In this document: one piece after another, positions 9,374 through 22,579 of the stretch
Position numbering within the stretch: position 1 is the first letter of the stretch
How the letters are laid out: the number at the start of each line of letters is the position of its first letter
Source of the DNA: Squalus acanthias
Lineage: Eukaryota
Direction: 5' to 3'
DNA length: 64,000 bases
NCBI GenBank assembly: GCA_030390025.1
Contig: CM059432.1
Span: forward strand, 54,376,001 to 54,440,000
The notes under the pieces: generated by a model
Databases searched by the model: none
Told to the model about the DNA's origin: nothing
What the model saw: the letters and a program-made list of their open reading frames with translations, nothing else
Translations under genes and position numbers: made by a program

Positions 9374-12300
9374 AGGTAAGGGAGGTGGGGTAGCATTGCT
9401 GGTTAAAGAGGGGATTAACACAATTGAAAGGAAGGATATTAGCTCTGATGATGTGGAATCTGTATGGGTAGAACTGAGAAATAACAAGGGGCAGAAAAGG
9501 AGTGATATATAGACCTCCAAACAGTAATGCGGAGGTTGGGGATGGCATTAAAAGGGAAATTAGAGAAGCGTGCAATAAGGGCACAGCAGTCATCATGGGT
9601 GACTTTAATCTACATATAGATTGGGCTAACCAAATTAGTAACAATACTATGGAGGAGGAATTCCTGGAGTGTTTACGGGATGGTTTCCTGGACCAATATG
9701 TCGAGGAACCAACCAGAGATCAGGCCATCTTAGACTGGGTATTATGCAATGAGAAAGGATTAATTAGCAATCTTGTTGTGCGAGGCCCCTTGGGTCGGAG
9801 CGATCATAATATGATAGAATTCTTCATTAAGATGGAGAGTGAAGTAGTTGACTCAGAGACTAGGGTCCTGAATTTAAATAAAGGAAACTACGATGGTATG
9901 AGGTGCGAGTTGGGTAGGATTGATTGGGGAATGTCACTCAAAGGGTTGACGGTGGATAGGCAATGGCAAACATTCAAAGACTGCATGGACGAACTACAGA
10001 ATTTGTTCATCCCAGTTTGGCATAAGAATAAAACAAAAAGGGTGACTCAACCATGGCTAACAAGGGAAATTAGGGATAGCATAAGATCCAAGGAGAGGGC
10101 ATATAAATTGGCCAGAAAAAGCAGTAACCCTGAGGATTGGGAGCAGTTTAAGATTCAACAAAGGAGGACAAAGGGATTAATTAAGAAGGGGAAAATAGAA
10201 TACGAGAGTAAGCTTGCAGGGAACATAAAAATTGACTGTAAAAGCTTTTATAGATATGTGAAGAGAAAAAGATTAGTGAAATCAAGCATAGGTCCCTTGC
10301 AGTCAGAATCAGGGGAACTTATAATGGGGAACAAAGAAATGTCAGACCAATTAAATACATATTTTGGTTCTGTCTTCACAAAGGAGGACACAAATAACCT
10401 CCCAGAGATGTTGGGGAACATAGGGACTGATGAAAGGGAGGAACTGAAAGAAATCAGTATTTGTAGGGAAATGGTGTTAGGGAAATTGAAGGGATTGAAG
10501 GCCGATAAATCCCCAGGGCCTGATAATCTACATCCTAGGGTACTTAAGGAAGTGGCCCGAGAAATAGTAGATGCATTGCTGATCATCTTCCAACATTCGA
10601 TGGAATCTAGAACAGTACCCATGGATTGGAGGGTAGCTAATGTTACCCCACTATTCAAAAAGGGTGGTAGAGTGAAAACGGGGAATTACAGACCGGTAAG
10701 CCTGACATCGGTAGTGGTGGAAAATGCTAGAGTCCATTATAAAAGATGTAATAGCAGAGCACTTGGAAAACAGTGACAGGATCGGACAAAGTCAACATGG
10801 ATTTACAAAAGGTAAATCATGCTTGACTAATCTACTGGAATTTTTTGAGGATGTAACTGGTAAAATAGATAAGGGAGAACCAGTGGATGTGGTGTATTTG
10901 GACTTCCAAAAGGCTTTTGATAAGGTCCCGCATAAGACATTAGCGTGTAAAGTTAAGGCACATGGGATTGGGGGCAAGGTATTGACTTGGATAGAGAACT
11001 GGTTGGCAGACAGAAAGCAAAGAGTTGGAATAAACGGGTCTTTTTCGAAGTGGCAGGCAGTGACTAGTGGGGTACCGCAGGGATCGGTCCTTGGACCCCA
11101 GCTATTCACAATATATATTAATGATCTAGACAAGGGAACTAGATGTAATATATCCAAGTTTGCAGACGACACAAAACTGGGTGGGCGTGTGTGCTGCGAG
11201 GAGGATGCCGAGAAACTCCAGGATGATTTGGATAGGTTGGGTGATTGGGCAGAAGTGTGGCAGATGCAATATAACGTGGATAAATGCGAGGTTATCCACT
11301 TTGGTGTCCAAAACAGAAAGGCAGATTATTGGCCCAAAAATTAAACCTAATACGCGAGAGTACGCACTGTGTACTCTCGCGTATTAGATCCCGAATTGCC
11401 GGTTTCCTGCATGCACTGCGCATGCGCGGGAAACCGGCACTTCGTGAATTGAAAAGGGGGCGGTTCCTAAGTGAACCGCGTGCGCACTACAGGCTGTGCG
11501 CACGCAGTGCACTTAGTTTTTTTTTCCAGCTTTGAACGCGCAGGTAAGTGGTGAAGATTTTACACACAAAGAAAGCAGGCGTAGGATCCCCTATTAACAA
11601 GGTAAGTAGTTAATTAAGTGTTATTTTAAATTTTTTTCAACAGGTTTATCTTTTTTAGAGACTTTAAAGAAAGGTAAGTTTATTTTTATAACTTTTAAAA
11701 AGATTTTAAATTTTTTCAAAAATTTAATTTTTTGTTTAAAGTGGTTAATTTATTTAACTATACTTATTTTATTAATGTGATGGCTTTTTTTAAATTTAAT
11801 TGAGGTTTAGCTGTTCTTTTGGGGGTTTGTAGTATTCATAGCTTTGACAGCTCTTGCCGTCAAAACTATGAATGAAAGATGGTGTGCTGCCATTGGCTCT
11901 AACTGAATCACGTGATCCCAGAGCTCGCACGAACTAATTGCGCCTCTGGGTCACGCAAGCACTGCACGGTTCCAACAGAGAGAGCCTTTGAAACTAAAGT
12001 TCGTGTGGGCCCGGAGCAAAAAGCTAGGCGCGGAGTGCGATATCGCGGGGAATCCTTACCCCCGCGGGAACCATCCATGTTTAATTTCTGGGCCAATATC
12101 TGAATGGCAATAGATTGGGAGAAGGAGAAGTGCAACGAGACCTGGGTGTCCTTGTGCACCAGTCGCTGAAGGTAAGCATGCAGGTGCAGCAGGCGGTGAA
12201 GAAGGCAAATGGTATGTTGGCCTTCATAGCGAGAGGGTTTGAGTACAGGAACAAGGATGTCTTGCTGCAGTTGTACAGGGCCTTGGTGAGACCACACCTT

Positions 12301-12850
12301 GATTACTGTGTGCAGTTTTGGTCACCTTATCTGAGGAAGGATGTTCTTGCCATTGAAGGAGTTCAGCGAAGATTCACAAAGCTGATACCTGGGATGGCAG
12401 GGATGACATATGAGGAGAGATTGTGTCGATTGGGCTTATACTCGCTGGAGTATAGAAGAATGAGAGGGGATCTCATCGAAACATATAAAATTCTGACAGG
12501 ACAGGAAAACTAAATGCAGGAAGGATGTTCCCGATGGTCGGGGAGTCACAGTCTAAGGATAAGGGGTAAGCCATTTAGGACAGAAATGAGGAGGAATTTC
12601 TTCACCCAGAGAGTGGTGAACCTGTGGAATTCTCTGCCACAGAAGGCAGTAGAGGCCAATTCATTAAATAGATTCAAGAAGGAGTTGGATATATTTCTTA
12701 AGGCTAAAGGGATCAAGGGATATGGGGAGAAAGCAGGGACAGGGTACTGAATTTGGATGATCAGCCATGATCGCATTGAATGGCGGAGCAGGTTACAGGG
12801 GCCGAATGGCCTACTCCTGCTCCTATCTTCTATGATTCTATGATTCTATG
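9374..12850 (+). mobile_element. CR1 LINE ORF2 (APE, RT, 3' tail), relatively young, with few frameshifts
   Basis: ORFs 9502..10776 (IYRPP, GDFN, SDH endonuclease motifs), 10724..11344 (QHGF, DFQKAFD, FADD), 12115..12750; (TTCTATGA)n tail. Confidence 0.93.
11331..12094. mobile_element. Harbinger-type MITE (764 bp), relative of 7648-8349
   Basis: TIRs GGCCCAAAAATTAAAC / GTTTAATTTCTGGGCC; flanks ATT/AAT; CR1 coding sequence resumes across it (ADY|YLNG). Confidence 0.88.
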
Positions 12851-13465
12851 ATGGTGAAAGGGGTCATGGAAGTGGGAACTCCATTCAAAGCACTCCCACT
12901 TTTCACCCGTTGCCACCCCCACCCCTCAGTCGGTACCTGACATGCTGCCTCCTGTCCCGATGGTCGAGTCTGCCCCTGCACAGGTGCAGGTGGAACAGTC
13001 TTTGGCGGGGCCCTCATAGGCTCCAAAACCCAGAGGGTGTCGGCTAGGGATCAGTCAGAGCAGGGATCTGAGCAGCCTGCTTCTGCATCTGCTCAAGCCA
13101 CAGGGGTTGCACCACGTAGGAGCAGTAGGAAAATGAAGAGTAAAGCTTTGTAGTTGTACAAGGGTATGTGCATGGGTGTATGAAAAAATTTTATGTTGTG
13201 AAGTTTCCGTTCTTTGGTAGAAGCACGTGAAAATTGTTAGTTTGCACCACTTTCCCGTGATGCCCATTGATGGTTGTCGGGTGGCAACTCGCCTTTACAC
13301 TTGCTTGATGATGAATGGGAAGGTATGAATTGACGGGGACCAATGGGGGGACTTGAAAAAGGTGTATGATTGCTTTGTCTCAGTGGCATTGAGGGTGGGG
13401 GGAAGGGTAGACATTGTGTGTGGTTCTGACATCGGTCCAGTGGTGGTAAGTAACTGAACCTTGCA

Positions 13466-14330
13466 TTAATAAGGGCATCCCTGGCATCCTGGGCAGCCAT
13501 TTGAGCAGCTGGTGCTTTCATCCTCTTCCTCTTCCTCCTCTTCCTCCTCCTCCTCCTCGGAATCGTCTGCAGACAATGTGCGTTCTGTGCCTTGTTCCTC
13601 CTGCAGCTCCAAACCTCGCTGTTGCACAATGTTGTGCAGAGCGCAGCACACCACGACCAATCTGGGCACTCTGGCTGGTGAGTATTGAAGGGCGCCTCCA
13701 GATCTGTCCAGGCACCTGAAGCACATCTTAAGCATGCCGATCACTTGCTCAATGACACATCTGGTGTTCATATGGCTTTCATTGTCTTGGGATTTAGTGG
13801 TTCGGTTCCTCACGGGTCTCAGCAGCCAAGGTTGATGGGGTTATCCTTTGTCTCCTAGAAGTCTCCAGTAAGTCTGCTTGCAGGTCCAAAGACGTCAGGG
13901 ATGAAAGCATCAAGGCAGCTCCTTGAGAACACCTGCATAAATATCCTTCTGTGGTTCCACAGCAGCTGCACATTGATGGAGTGGAAGTCTTGTGGTTCAC
14001 GAATACACCTGGGTGATCTGGAGCTGCGTGGATTGCCACATGTGTGCAGTTGATACACCTGTGGGAAGCCAGCCAGAGACACAAACCCAAGCGTCCTCTT
14101 GTTCTGACTGACTTCATCACAGGCGAAGTTCACATAATTGCCAGTCCTGGCAAACAACCCATCAGTCACCTGCCTTATTCATTTGTGTGCCACCAACTGA
14201 GAGATCCTGACTATGTCTCCGGCAGAGCCCTGGAAGAATCCAGAGGCAAAAAAGTTGAGGGTGGTGGTCACTTTGACAGCCACTGGTAACACGTGGCCAC
14301 CAGGTCCAGCAAGGAGCAGGTCTTCTTCAC
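13466..14330 (-). pseudogene. Harbinger DDE transposase (HARBI1-like), disrupted
   Basis: [74 protein letters not shown], poly-Glu tail; frameshifts. Confidence 0.88.
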
Positions 14331-15212
14331 CACCTGGCGCTACAACCTGAGCCTCCAGAAGGAAGCTTAGCCTCAGTACACCCTGTTTCACAGGTAGCGC
14401 CTCCTGCGAGCTGCACCCCTCTGCTGCTCCCCTCTCTGCTGCTCCCCTCTCTGCTGTCCAGCTGCAGGTCTGTCAACAGCAGCCTGTTGCTGCTGCTGAT
14501 GGTCATATCGCTTCTCGTCCGAGATCCAATCTAAGGCAGCCAAGGCGCCACCCATCTGATCTGATTTAGAAAACCTCCAAAGTGTAGAAAGTAAACTCTC
14601 AGGAAAAGTATTGTCAACAAACCCTTTCCCACTAGTAGATAAGAAAGCAACTGTGAGTACTGAGTATTTATTGAAGTATTTGCATGACTTTTAATCAGCC
14701 CCTTGAATTGCCATTGTGTTTGCGGTTTCAATGGCAAGTTTCAGGTAGCCCGGGAAACTTGTGGATGTGCTGTTAAATTTGAAAATGTGTTGAAATATCG
14801 CTCCAATTAAGCAATTAGCATATGTTAATAGTTAACCCGCCTCTCGCGCAACCAGCCCAACGAACCCTGGTTAAACCTGGTAGTTGGCTGGTTGGAGGCG
14901 GCATCCAGACGCACCTAAACCCACACGCTGATCCATTTTGAAATTCTCTCCTTTATTCCTATTTTTTGAAAAGTTCTTACCTGGCCTAAAGGCAAAAGAA
15001 GATCTATTGAAGATGATAGAAACATGGCACAGACAACAAAACAATTAACATTCTTACATTTCAATTGTTTTCTTTCCTCTGCTAGTCACCATGATATAAT
15101 TGCTTGCTTAAAATATATCTATCTTAAACCATATTTAACCCTGTCTTTGTTTCCTTGGCCCAGCCTCAGCTATTTACATTGCTATCCTCTTGCATCCTGT
15201 ATGTGTCTGCTT

Positions 15213-15387
15213 GGCACAGTGGTAGCACTCTTGCCTCTGAGTCAAAAGATTGTGAGTTCACTTCTGTGCTATACTGAGGACGTACGGCATTGTCAGAGGT
15301 GTAACCTTTTGGGTGAAATGTTAAACCAAAGTCCCATCTGCCTGTTCAGGTGGGTGTAAAAGATCCCATAGCACTATTTGAAGAGAA
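15213..15387 (+). mobile_element. Decayed DeuSINE (SacSINE1-like) fragment
   Basis: tRNA-like head plus GTTAAACC...TAAAAGATCCCATAGCACTATTTGAAGA, similar to the reverse complement of 40205-40493. Confidence 0.65.
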
Positions 15388-15660
15388 TATCCTTTGTCAT
15401 TGCATTACTCATGTGTGACGTTCTTACAACAAAAATTCTTCTCCCTCCTCAAACAAAACGTTTTGTTCAACATTTTTTCATGACAGTGCCATTTTAAGTA
15501 ATATGAAAAGAAAATGAGGATATTAATGCTGCTGGTGCTTTAGTTGTCTCCATTCATCTTGTCCCTTCAGAGAACTATTTTTCTCTCTCGTTCTCTCTCC
15601 CCTCCCACCGCAGCCCCCCCCCCACTTCCTGTCTCCCCTCCCCTCTCTCCCCTCCCCTCT

Positions 15661-15820
15661 ATGAGGCGAATAGCGTAGATACATTTAAGGGGAAGCTAAA
15701 TAAACACGTGAGGGAGAAATTAATGAAAGGATATCCTGATAGGGTTAGATGAAGAGTGGTGGGCGGAGACTCATGTGGAGCATTAACGTCGGCAGAGACA
15801 AGATTCTATGCTATAGATTC
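15661..15820 (+). mobile_element. Old CR1 3'-end fragment
   Basis: GAGGCGAATAGCGTAGATACATTTAAGGGGAAGCTA resembles CR1 ORF2 C-terminus; ATTCTATG tail. Confidence 0.55.
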
Positions 15821-15823
15821 TAT

Positions 15824-17575
15824 GGCCGCGATTTCGCCGGCGCTCAGTGGGCGGGACTGGGGGCGGGTCAGCTGGGAAATTGACCAAGATTGACAGTGGG
15901 TAGGGAACCCGCTGTCAAGCCGCCTCCACGCTAGTCTCCCAGATGTCGGGTCAATCATTGCTGAACAGACCTGACACCAAGCGGCAGGGGAGGCAATTTC
16001 AACGATTAAGAGCTTGTTAACAGGCACTTAAAAACTATTTTAGGCTCACCTTTAGATTTTAAGACTTCGCCCACGGCTTCCCCGCTGCTCGGGGATCACG
16101 TCAGGTAAGGAGGTCGCGAGTTGTGTCACCATGGGATCATTTCTTAACTTGACAGCTGCAAATGTGCTATAAAAGCTTCCATTTCATAGCTGTTCACTTT
16201 CTAAGGTCAGAAGCTGTTGTTTACTGCATTTGGAAGACAGATTGAGCTTTATGCAGCTTGCAAGTGTTTGGAGCAATCTCTCTATCCAGTGTCACCTCAT
16301 TGGAACAACCTCTCTCACCATTGACTGATCGCTTCTGTCATCTCAACTTCACCTGCCATCTATTCCATCAGCATCGGTGCCCTTGAAACTATCTCACCTT
16401 GGTCCTCAGAATCCCAACACAATCAGCCCCAACACCAGCAGCACCAGGCACACCAGCTGCACCAACAACAACACCAACCTTCTCCACAATCAACTGATGC
16501 TGCACAGGACACAGGGCATCAGCACCTGACCACATTGCTGTCCGGGACGCCAGGGATGGCCTCACCATGGCCAGATTTACTTCACTTGACGCTGTACATC
16601 CTGGCTGCCACATAATGCACCAGGTTGACACCACCCCACACCAACACTATAAAGCATCCCTACAATGCCCAAGCCATTCCTTTCACACTCATCACCATTG
16701 CAGGGTGGGTACCATTATATCTCACCATTCACTGCAACTCACTAAGCCACTTCCAAAGATGCACACAAATCTGTCCAAGAACACAAAGTGTTGAAAATAA
16801 AGATTTCAATGTTTGACAGCACATTAACAGAAACTTTACATGAACATTGGCTAAAACACCCAAGCGCATACCTTTGTGTGTGGTTACTTGGTATGATTGG
16901 ACTAGGATGAGGGTGAGTGTGAGGGGTGGCTAGTGAGGTGGGGAAGTGATAATATAGATAGAGAGGGATGGGTGGATGTGCAAGGTGAGTTGGTGTGAGT
17001 AAGGATGTGCAGGAGTAGGGTAGGGGAGGCAGAGTGATGGGAATATGATGAGTGGCACAGCAGGATGAGGTTGAGTGTGGCTTTGCACTAACATTTCGTG
17101 ATCGACTGAGATCATTGAAAGGTTTGCACTACTGCAGCCTTGTCCTCCTAATGACATCCCTGCTTATGTCCTCCTGTGCAATGTGCAACCAGGCTCCGTT
17201 GATCTCCTGGGGAGGTCTCTTCCGCCCATGGGAAGGAAAGAGGACCTCCAGGCATTCTGTGACTCCCTCCATAAGCTTATGGAGGGAGTCATGGGAGAGC
17301 CTGGGTGCAGCCATGCACCTCTGTGCAGTGCTTGTCATTGTTTACAGCACCTCAATGCTGTAGAACACTGAAAGCTCAATTGTCAAAATCAATTTGCGCA
17401 TGGTCCCTTTAAGGAAACCAGCTGATGACGCATCATCAAGTGACGTCATCAGACCCGCTTCCTTCAATAGGCCGGGAAACGCACTGGCGAAATTAACAAG
17501 CTCAGTTAGCATAAAATCATTTCACAGAGCGGGCTAGAGCCAGCAGCAGGGTCTTCGACCAACAAAAAATTATCC
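15824..17575 (-). mobile_element. Non-autonomous Harbinger derivative with Myb/SANT exon (17129..17338-)
   Basis: Left end GGCCGCGATTTCGCCGGCGCTCAG nearly identical to 23473; AAPRLSHDSL...EVLFPSHGRKRPPQE..AWLHIAQE; right end approximate. Confidence 0.78.
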
Positions 17576-17599
17576 AGCTTCCTCTTAAATTTCTGACAC

Positions 17600-18160
17600 T
17601 AGTAAGGATTTTAACTCCCTGGCATAAAGCAGTGGAAAGGCATCGGACTTTCTACCCAGGAGTTTATGTGAGAAGCCCGATCAATTTTAACAACTGGGCC
17701 TCATTAACATTTTGCCGGAAATGGAAGTAAAGAGGCACATGATCAGCTGCCACCCGCCGGCACTCACATAAGTCACGGGGGATTCAGGAGGTTTTAGCGC
17801 GTGGGAAGGCGGGTGAGGGGCTGGGGGGCCAAACTTTCCTTGTCGGGCCCGCAGAAGTGCTCCTGCACCTCCTGGCCCCACAAAGATAGGTTTTTTGGTT
17901 ACCTTTTGAGGTCACTTCTTCTTCTCCAGCAGCTTTTACTGGCTGGAGTATCAATAGCAGATGCTCCAGCCAGTAGGTTATTAAAATTGTTCGGGAGTCC
18001 TATCACAACAATAAGACCCTGATTTGCATATATTTATGAGGTGTGTGCCTGACTCATGCAGACGTCTCAACCATCTGGTGTTAGAATAGCCGCGGAGCAG
18101 TATCCAAGCAGCAAACATACAGCAAGGTTTCGACTCCCATTCCGCCCGATTTCCACCTTA
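17600..18160. mobile_element. Probable non-autonomous DNA transposon, related to 52715-53440 and 62645-63298
   Basis: Shares motif GTGCTCCTGCACCTCCTGGCCCCACAA with the other two copies; ends GATTTCCACC; boundaries approximate. Confidence 0.45.
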
Positions 18161-18349
18161 TCTGTTACTAATGCCCCTTTGGGAAGCCTGTTTCACATAT
18201 GCACCACCAAATTGTCGTGGAAAAATTGTTGTAAGGAGAATTAAGTGAAAAATATTAAAAATCAAATGGTTTGAGGAGGCAGAATGTTTTTAAAGTGATG
18301 CAATGCATGTAAACAGTCAACAAGCTATAACATTACATATTGCCCAGTT

Positions 18350-20838
18350 AATCTACATATTGACTGGGCAAATCAAATTACCACAAATGGTTTGGAGGAC
18401 AAATTCTTGGAATGCATGCGAGATGGTTTCCTGGATCAGTATGTGGAGGAACCAACCAGGGAACAGGCTATTCTGGATCTGGTACTGTGTAATGAGAAAG
18501 GGCTAATCAATAATTTTGTGGTAAAGGGGCCTTTAGGGACAAGTGACCATAATATGATTGAATTTTACATTATGTTTGCGAGTGATGTAATCCAATCTGA
18601 AACTAAGGTCTTCAATCTAAACAGAGGAAACTACAAGGGTATGAGGGACAAGTTGACCATGGTAGATTGGGAGACTACACTAAAAGGTATGAAGGTGGAC
18701 ATACAACGGCTAACATTCAAGGAAATAATGCATAATTTGCAACAAACATATACAGTATTCCTCTAGGGCATAAAAACCCAAAAGGAAAAGTGATCCAACC
18801 ATGGCTAACAAAAGAAATTAAAGCTAGTATTAAGTCAATAGAGGAAGCTTATAAAGTTGCCAGAAAAAGCAGTCAGCCTGAGGATTAGGATCTTTTTAGA
18901 AATCAGCAAAGGGGGACCAAGAAATTGATAAAGAAAGGGAAAATGGAATATGAGCACAAACTAGCGAAAAATATAAAAACTGATTGTAAAAGCTTCTATA
19001 GGTATGTGAAAAGGAAAAGACTGGTGAAGGTAAATGTAGGTCCTTTACAGTCAGAGATGGGAGAATTTATAATTGGGGATTGAGGAAATGGCAGAGAAAT
19101 TAAATAAATAATTTGTTTCTGTCTTCATGGAGGAAGACACAAAAAACCTCCCAGAAATACGAGAAAACCAAGGGTGTGGCAAGAATGAGGAACTTAAAGA
19201 AATTATTATTAGTAAAAAAAATAGTACTAGCAAAATTAATGGGACTAAAAGTCGATAAATCCCAAGGACCGGATGACCTACATCCTAGGGTTTTGAAAGA
19301 GGTGGCCATTGGGATAGTGGATGCATTGGTTGTCATCTTCCAAAATTCTATAGATTCTGGAACGGTTCCTGCAGATTGGAGGATAGCAAATGTAACCCCG
19401 CTATTTTAGAAAGGAGGGAGAGAGAAAACGGGGAACTACAGACCTGTTAGCCTCACATCAGTAATTGAGAAAATGCTGGAATCTATTATAAAGGATGCAA
19501 TAACTGGGCACTTAGAAACTAATAGTAAGATTGGGCAGAGTCAACATGGATTTATGAAAGGGAAATACTGTTTAACAAACCTATTGGAGTTCTTTGAGGA
19601 TGTAATTAGTGGAGTAGACAAAAGGGAACCGGTAGATGTGGTGTATTTGGATTTTCAGAAGGCCTTCGATAAGGTCCCACACAAGAGGTTGGTGAACAAA
19701 ATTAGGGCACATGGAATTGGAGGTAATATACTAGCATGGATAGAGAATTGGTTAACAGACAGAAATCAAAGAGTAGGGATAAACGGGTCTTTTTCAGGAT
19801 GGCAGGCTGTGACTAGTGGGGTACTGCAAGGATCGGTGCTTGGGCCCCAGCTATTCACAATCTATATCAATGATTTGGATGAGGGGACTAAATGTAACAT
19901 TTCCAAATTTGCTGATGATACAAAGCTAGGTGGCAGTGTCAGTTGTGAAGAGGATGTGAAGAGGCTTCAAGGGATCTCGACAGGCTCAGTGAGTGGGCGA
20001 GAACATGGCAGATGGAATATAATGTGGATAAATGTGAAGTTATCCACTTTGGTAGGAAAAACAGAAATGCAGAGTTTTTCCTAAATGGTGAAAGATTGGG
20101 GAATGCAGATGCTCAAAGGGACCTGGGTGTCCTTGTACATGAGTCACTGAAAGTGAATGTGCAGGTGCAGCAAGCCATTAGGAGGGCAAATGGTATGCTG
20201 GCCTTCATTACAAGAGGATTTGAGTACAGGAGTAAAGAAGTCTTACTCCAATTATATAGGGCCTTGGTGAGACCACACCTGGAGTACTGTGTACCATTTT
20301 GGTCTCCTTACCTAAGGAAGGATATACTTGCCATAGAGGGAGTGCAACGAAGGTTCATGAGATTGATTCCTGGGATGGCGGGACTGTCACATGAGAAGAG
20401 ATTGAGTAAACTAGGCCTGTATTCTCTTGAATTCAGAAGAATGAGAAGGGATATCATTGTAGCATACAAAATTATTACAGAGCTTGATAGGATGGATGCT
20501 GGGAGAATGTTTCCCTTGGCTGAGGAGTCAAGAACCAGGGGCCACAGCCTCAGGATAAAGAGTAGGCCATTCAGGACTGAGATGAGAAGAAATTTCTTCA
20601 CTCAGAGGGTGGTGAATCTTTGGAATTCTCTACCCCAGAGGGCTGTGGAGGCTCAGTCATTGGGTATATTCAAAACAGAAGTCGATAGATTTCTGACTAG
20701 TAAGGGCATCAAGGGATTTGGCGATAGGGCCGATGAATGGAGTTGAGGCAGAAGATCAGCCATGATCTCATTGAATGGCGGAGCAGGCTCGAAGGGCCGA
20801 ATGGCCTACTCCTGCTCCTATTTCTTATGTTCTTATGT
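18350..20838 (+). mobile_element. CR1 LINE ORF2 (partial APE, RT, tail), decayed
   Basis: ORFs 18392..18766, 19113..19409, 19473..20084, 20012..20746; TTCTTATG tail. Confidence 0.93.
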
Positions 20839-22579
20839 AACACTGGGCCAAAAATTAATGATTTTAATTCAAAAATATTTAGGGGTAGTATTTTCAATAC
20901 CTCCAACACAGCGTCAAAAAAATAGGGGGGGTGGATGGCATTGCAGCTTTTCCTGTGCCTGCCATTATCAACAATCTTCAGTGACAGTTGCCTGCAGCCA
21001 AAATGCACCTCCCCCTTAAAAGGTGCAGTTTGCCTTTAAATGGCATCAATAACACGTGATATTGACATCCCCTGCTCCCGCCACCCACTGCCGCCCCCCC
21101 CCCTCACCCACCCCCCATTAGGTGAGCCAATAAACGGCGTTGTTTAATGTGGCCCTTCCAGCAAGGCAGCTAAACAGAGCTTTTGTGAGCCACATTTCAG
21201 CTACAGAAGAGCTGCATGTGGCTTGCAAAATCCAAGGTTGACCACCCTTGATCCAACACATCGAGGTTAGAAGCTTTACTGGGATAAAACTTTTAAAGGA
21301 AACATTTATCCTTCTTGTATCTGATCTTGATATCGTTTTGGATTACTACACTTTAATGAGCTTTTCAGTACATGATTTTAGATTTCACATGATTCTTCAC
21401 CAAGTATAGTGCTCAATAATTGGTTTGTTCTCATGATGTCACGTGATTCTGTATTTCTCAATAAGGAGTTGAGCCCAGTGTTGAAAAACTGACACAACGT
21501 TCTTCATTCTTTTGAAGCTGTTTAGTGGTATCACTTTGATATTTTGATGCTGTATACCAGTAGAAATATAATTTTTATTTTCATTACTTTTTCCCTCGAT
21601 AAAAGTTTCTTGATTTGGGAAGTGAATTACCTGGCGGTAATCCAATCAAATAGTTCAGATAACATTATAAACCAGGAGAGCAAAGGACGAGCTGTTTGTT
21701 AGTCATCTGAATCCCAATATTGGATTACTGCCTGTAATCTTCTGCCACTCATCCAGCATTTACATCAACTTATTTTTAACCTATGTTATTACTGCCGCTT
21801 TTTCTGTGCCATTGCCGTGACAATGACGCAAAATGATGAGGAACGTCACAGCATATCAAGCTGGTGACTCAATGTTGCAGGAACATCAAAGAATATCAAA
21901 TTCTTTCAGAAGTTATTTTACATAATAATTCATGATCTACGAAATATGCAGAGATGATATGCCATAGACAGTCCTGACCTATGATAAATATTTCTGTATT
22001 ACCTTTGTCTCATAACTGGAGATGTTTATTATATGTAATGACTAGTTATGATAAACCTGCTGTAAATGTTAGAAAAACTATCAGCGTGAAATTGGGATCG
22101 GTCGCACCCGTTGTTTTGGTGCTACAGGTGCTGTTTGGGTACCGAAATGGCATCCGATGCGCGCGCGCACTTGTGGGGTGAATCGCGCTGGACACCATAT
22201 TGGTGAGGACACATCTAACGTCCACTGGAAATATGCAGAGCAGGCTGATCATGACATCAATCAGTGTGCAACGCTGATTTGATGGCAGCGATGCCATTTT
22301 GGAGCTCAATGCTCCAGCCAGCACCTTCTCTTAACCTTGCACAGCTGAACACACATTCAGCAGCAGGAAGGACCCCCCCACCAGTGCTATTCAAAGGGAT
22401 CATCAATTACTTACACGTTAGTTGCTGCTTGATTTCTTCTGGCTGTTGCTACGATTCTACAAGTGTTTGGTGCTTTCCATAGATGTTTCGAGTTGCAAAA
22501 GTCTGTAGGGAGTGGTGTGGCAGGTGCTGATGGACTTTTGCTGAGTTCAAAGATTCTGCACAAACCACTTGCTGCCAGA

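Larger units (their letters stand above)
8526..14951. mobile_element. Decayed Harbinger: Myb-gene 3' exon region (+, 8526-9373 and 12851-13050) convergent with transposase (-), split by a CR1
   Basis: Low-complexity accessory-gene-like coding remnants on +, HARBI1-like transposase on -; right end AAATTCTCTCC near 14951; left end not located. Confidence 0.7.

Noticed and set aside
10248..11172. Antisense ORFs over CR1 RT (also 6989, 12546, 20308, 47749, 53455)
   Set aside because: Shadow frames of LINE coding sequence, recurring only because the repeat recurs
13466..14330. Domesticated HARBI1 or NAIF1/MSANTD host genes
   Set aside because: All transposase and Myb copies are frameshifted, multi-copy and embedded in TIR elements, so they are transposon remnants
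20845..21250. MITE-like start GGGCCAAAAATT plus hAT-like end GGTTGACCACCCTTG
   Set aside because: Partner termini and TSDs not found; too decayed to call
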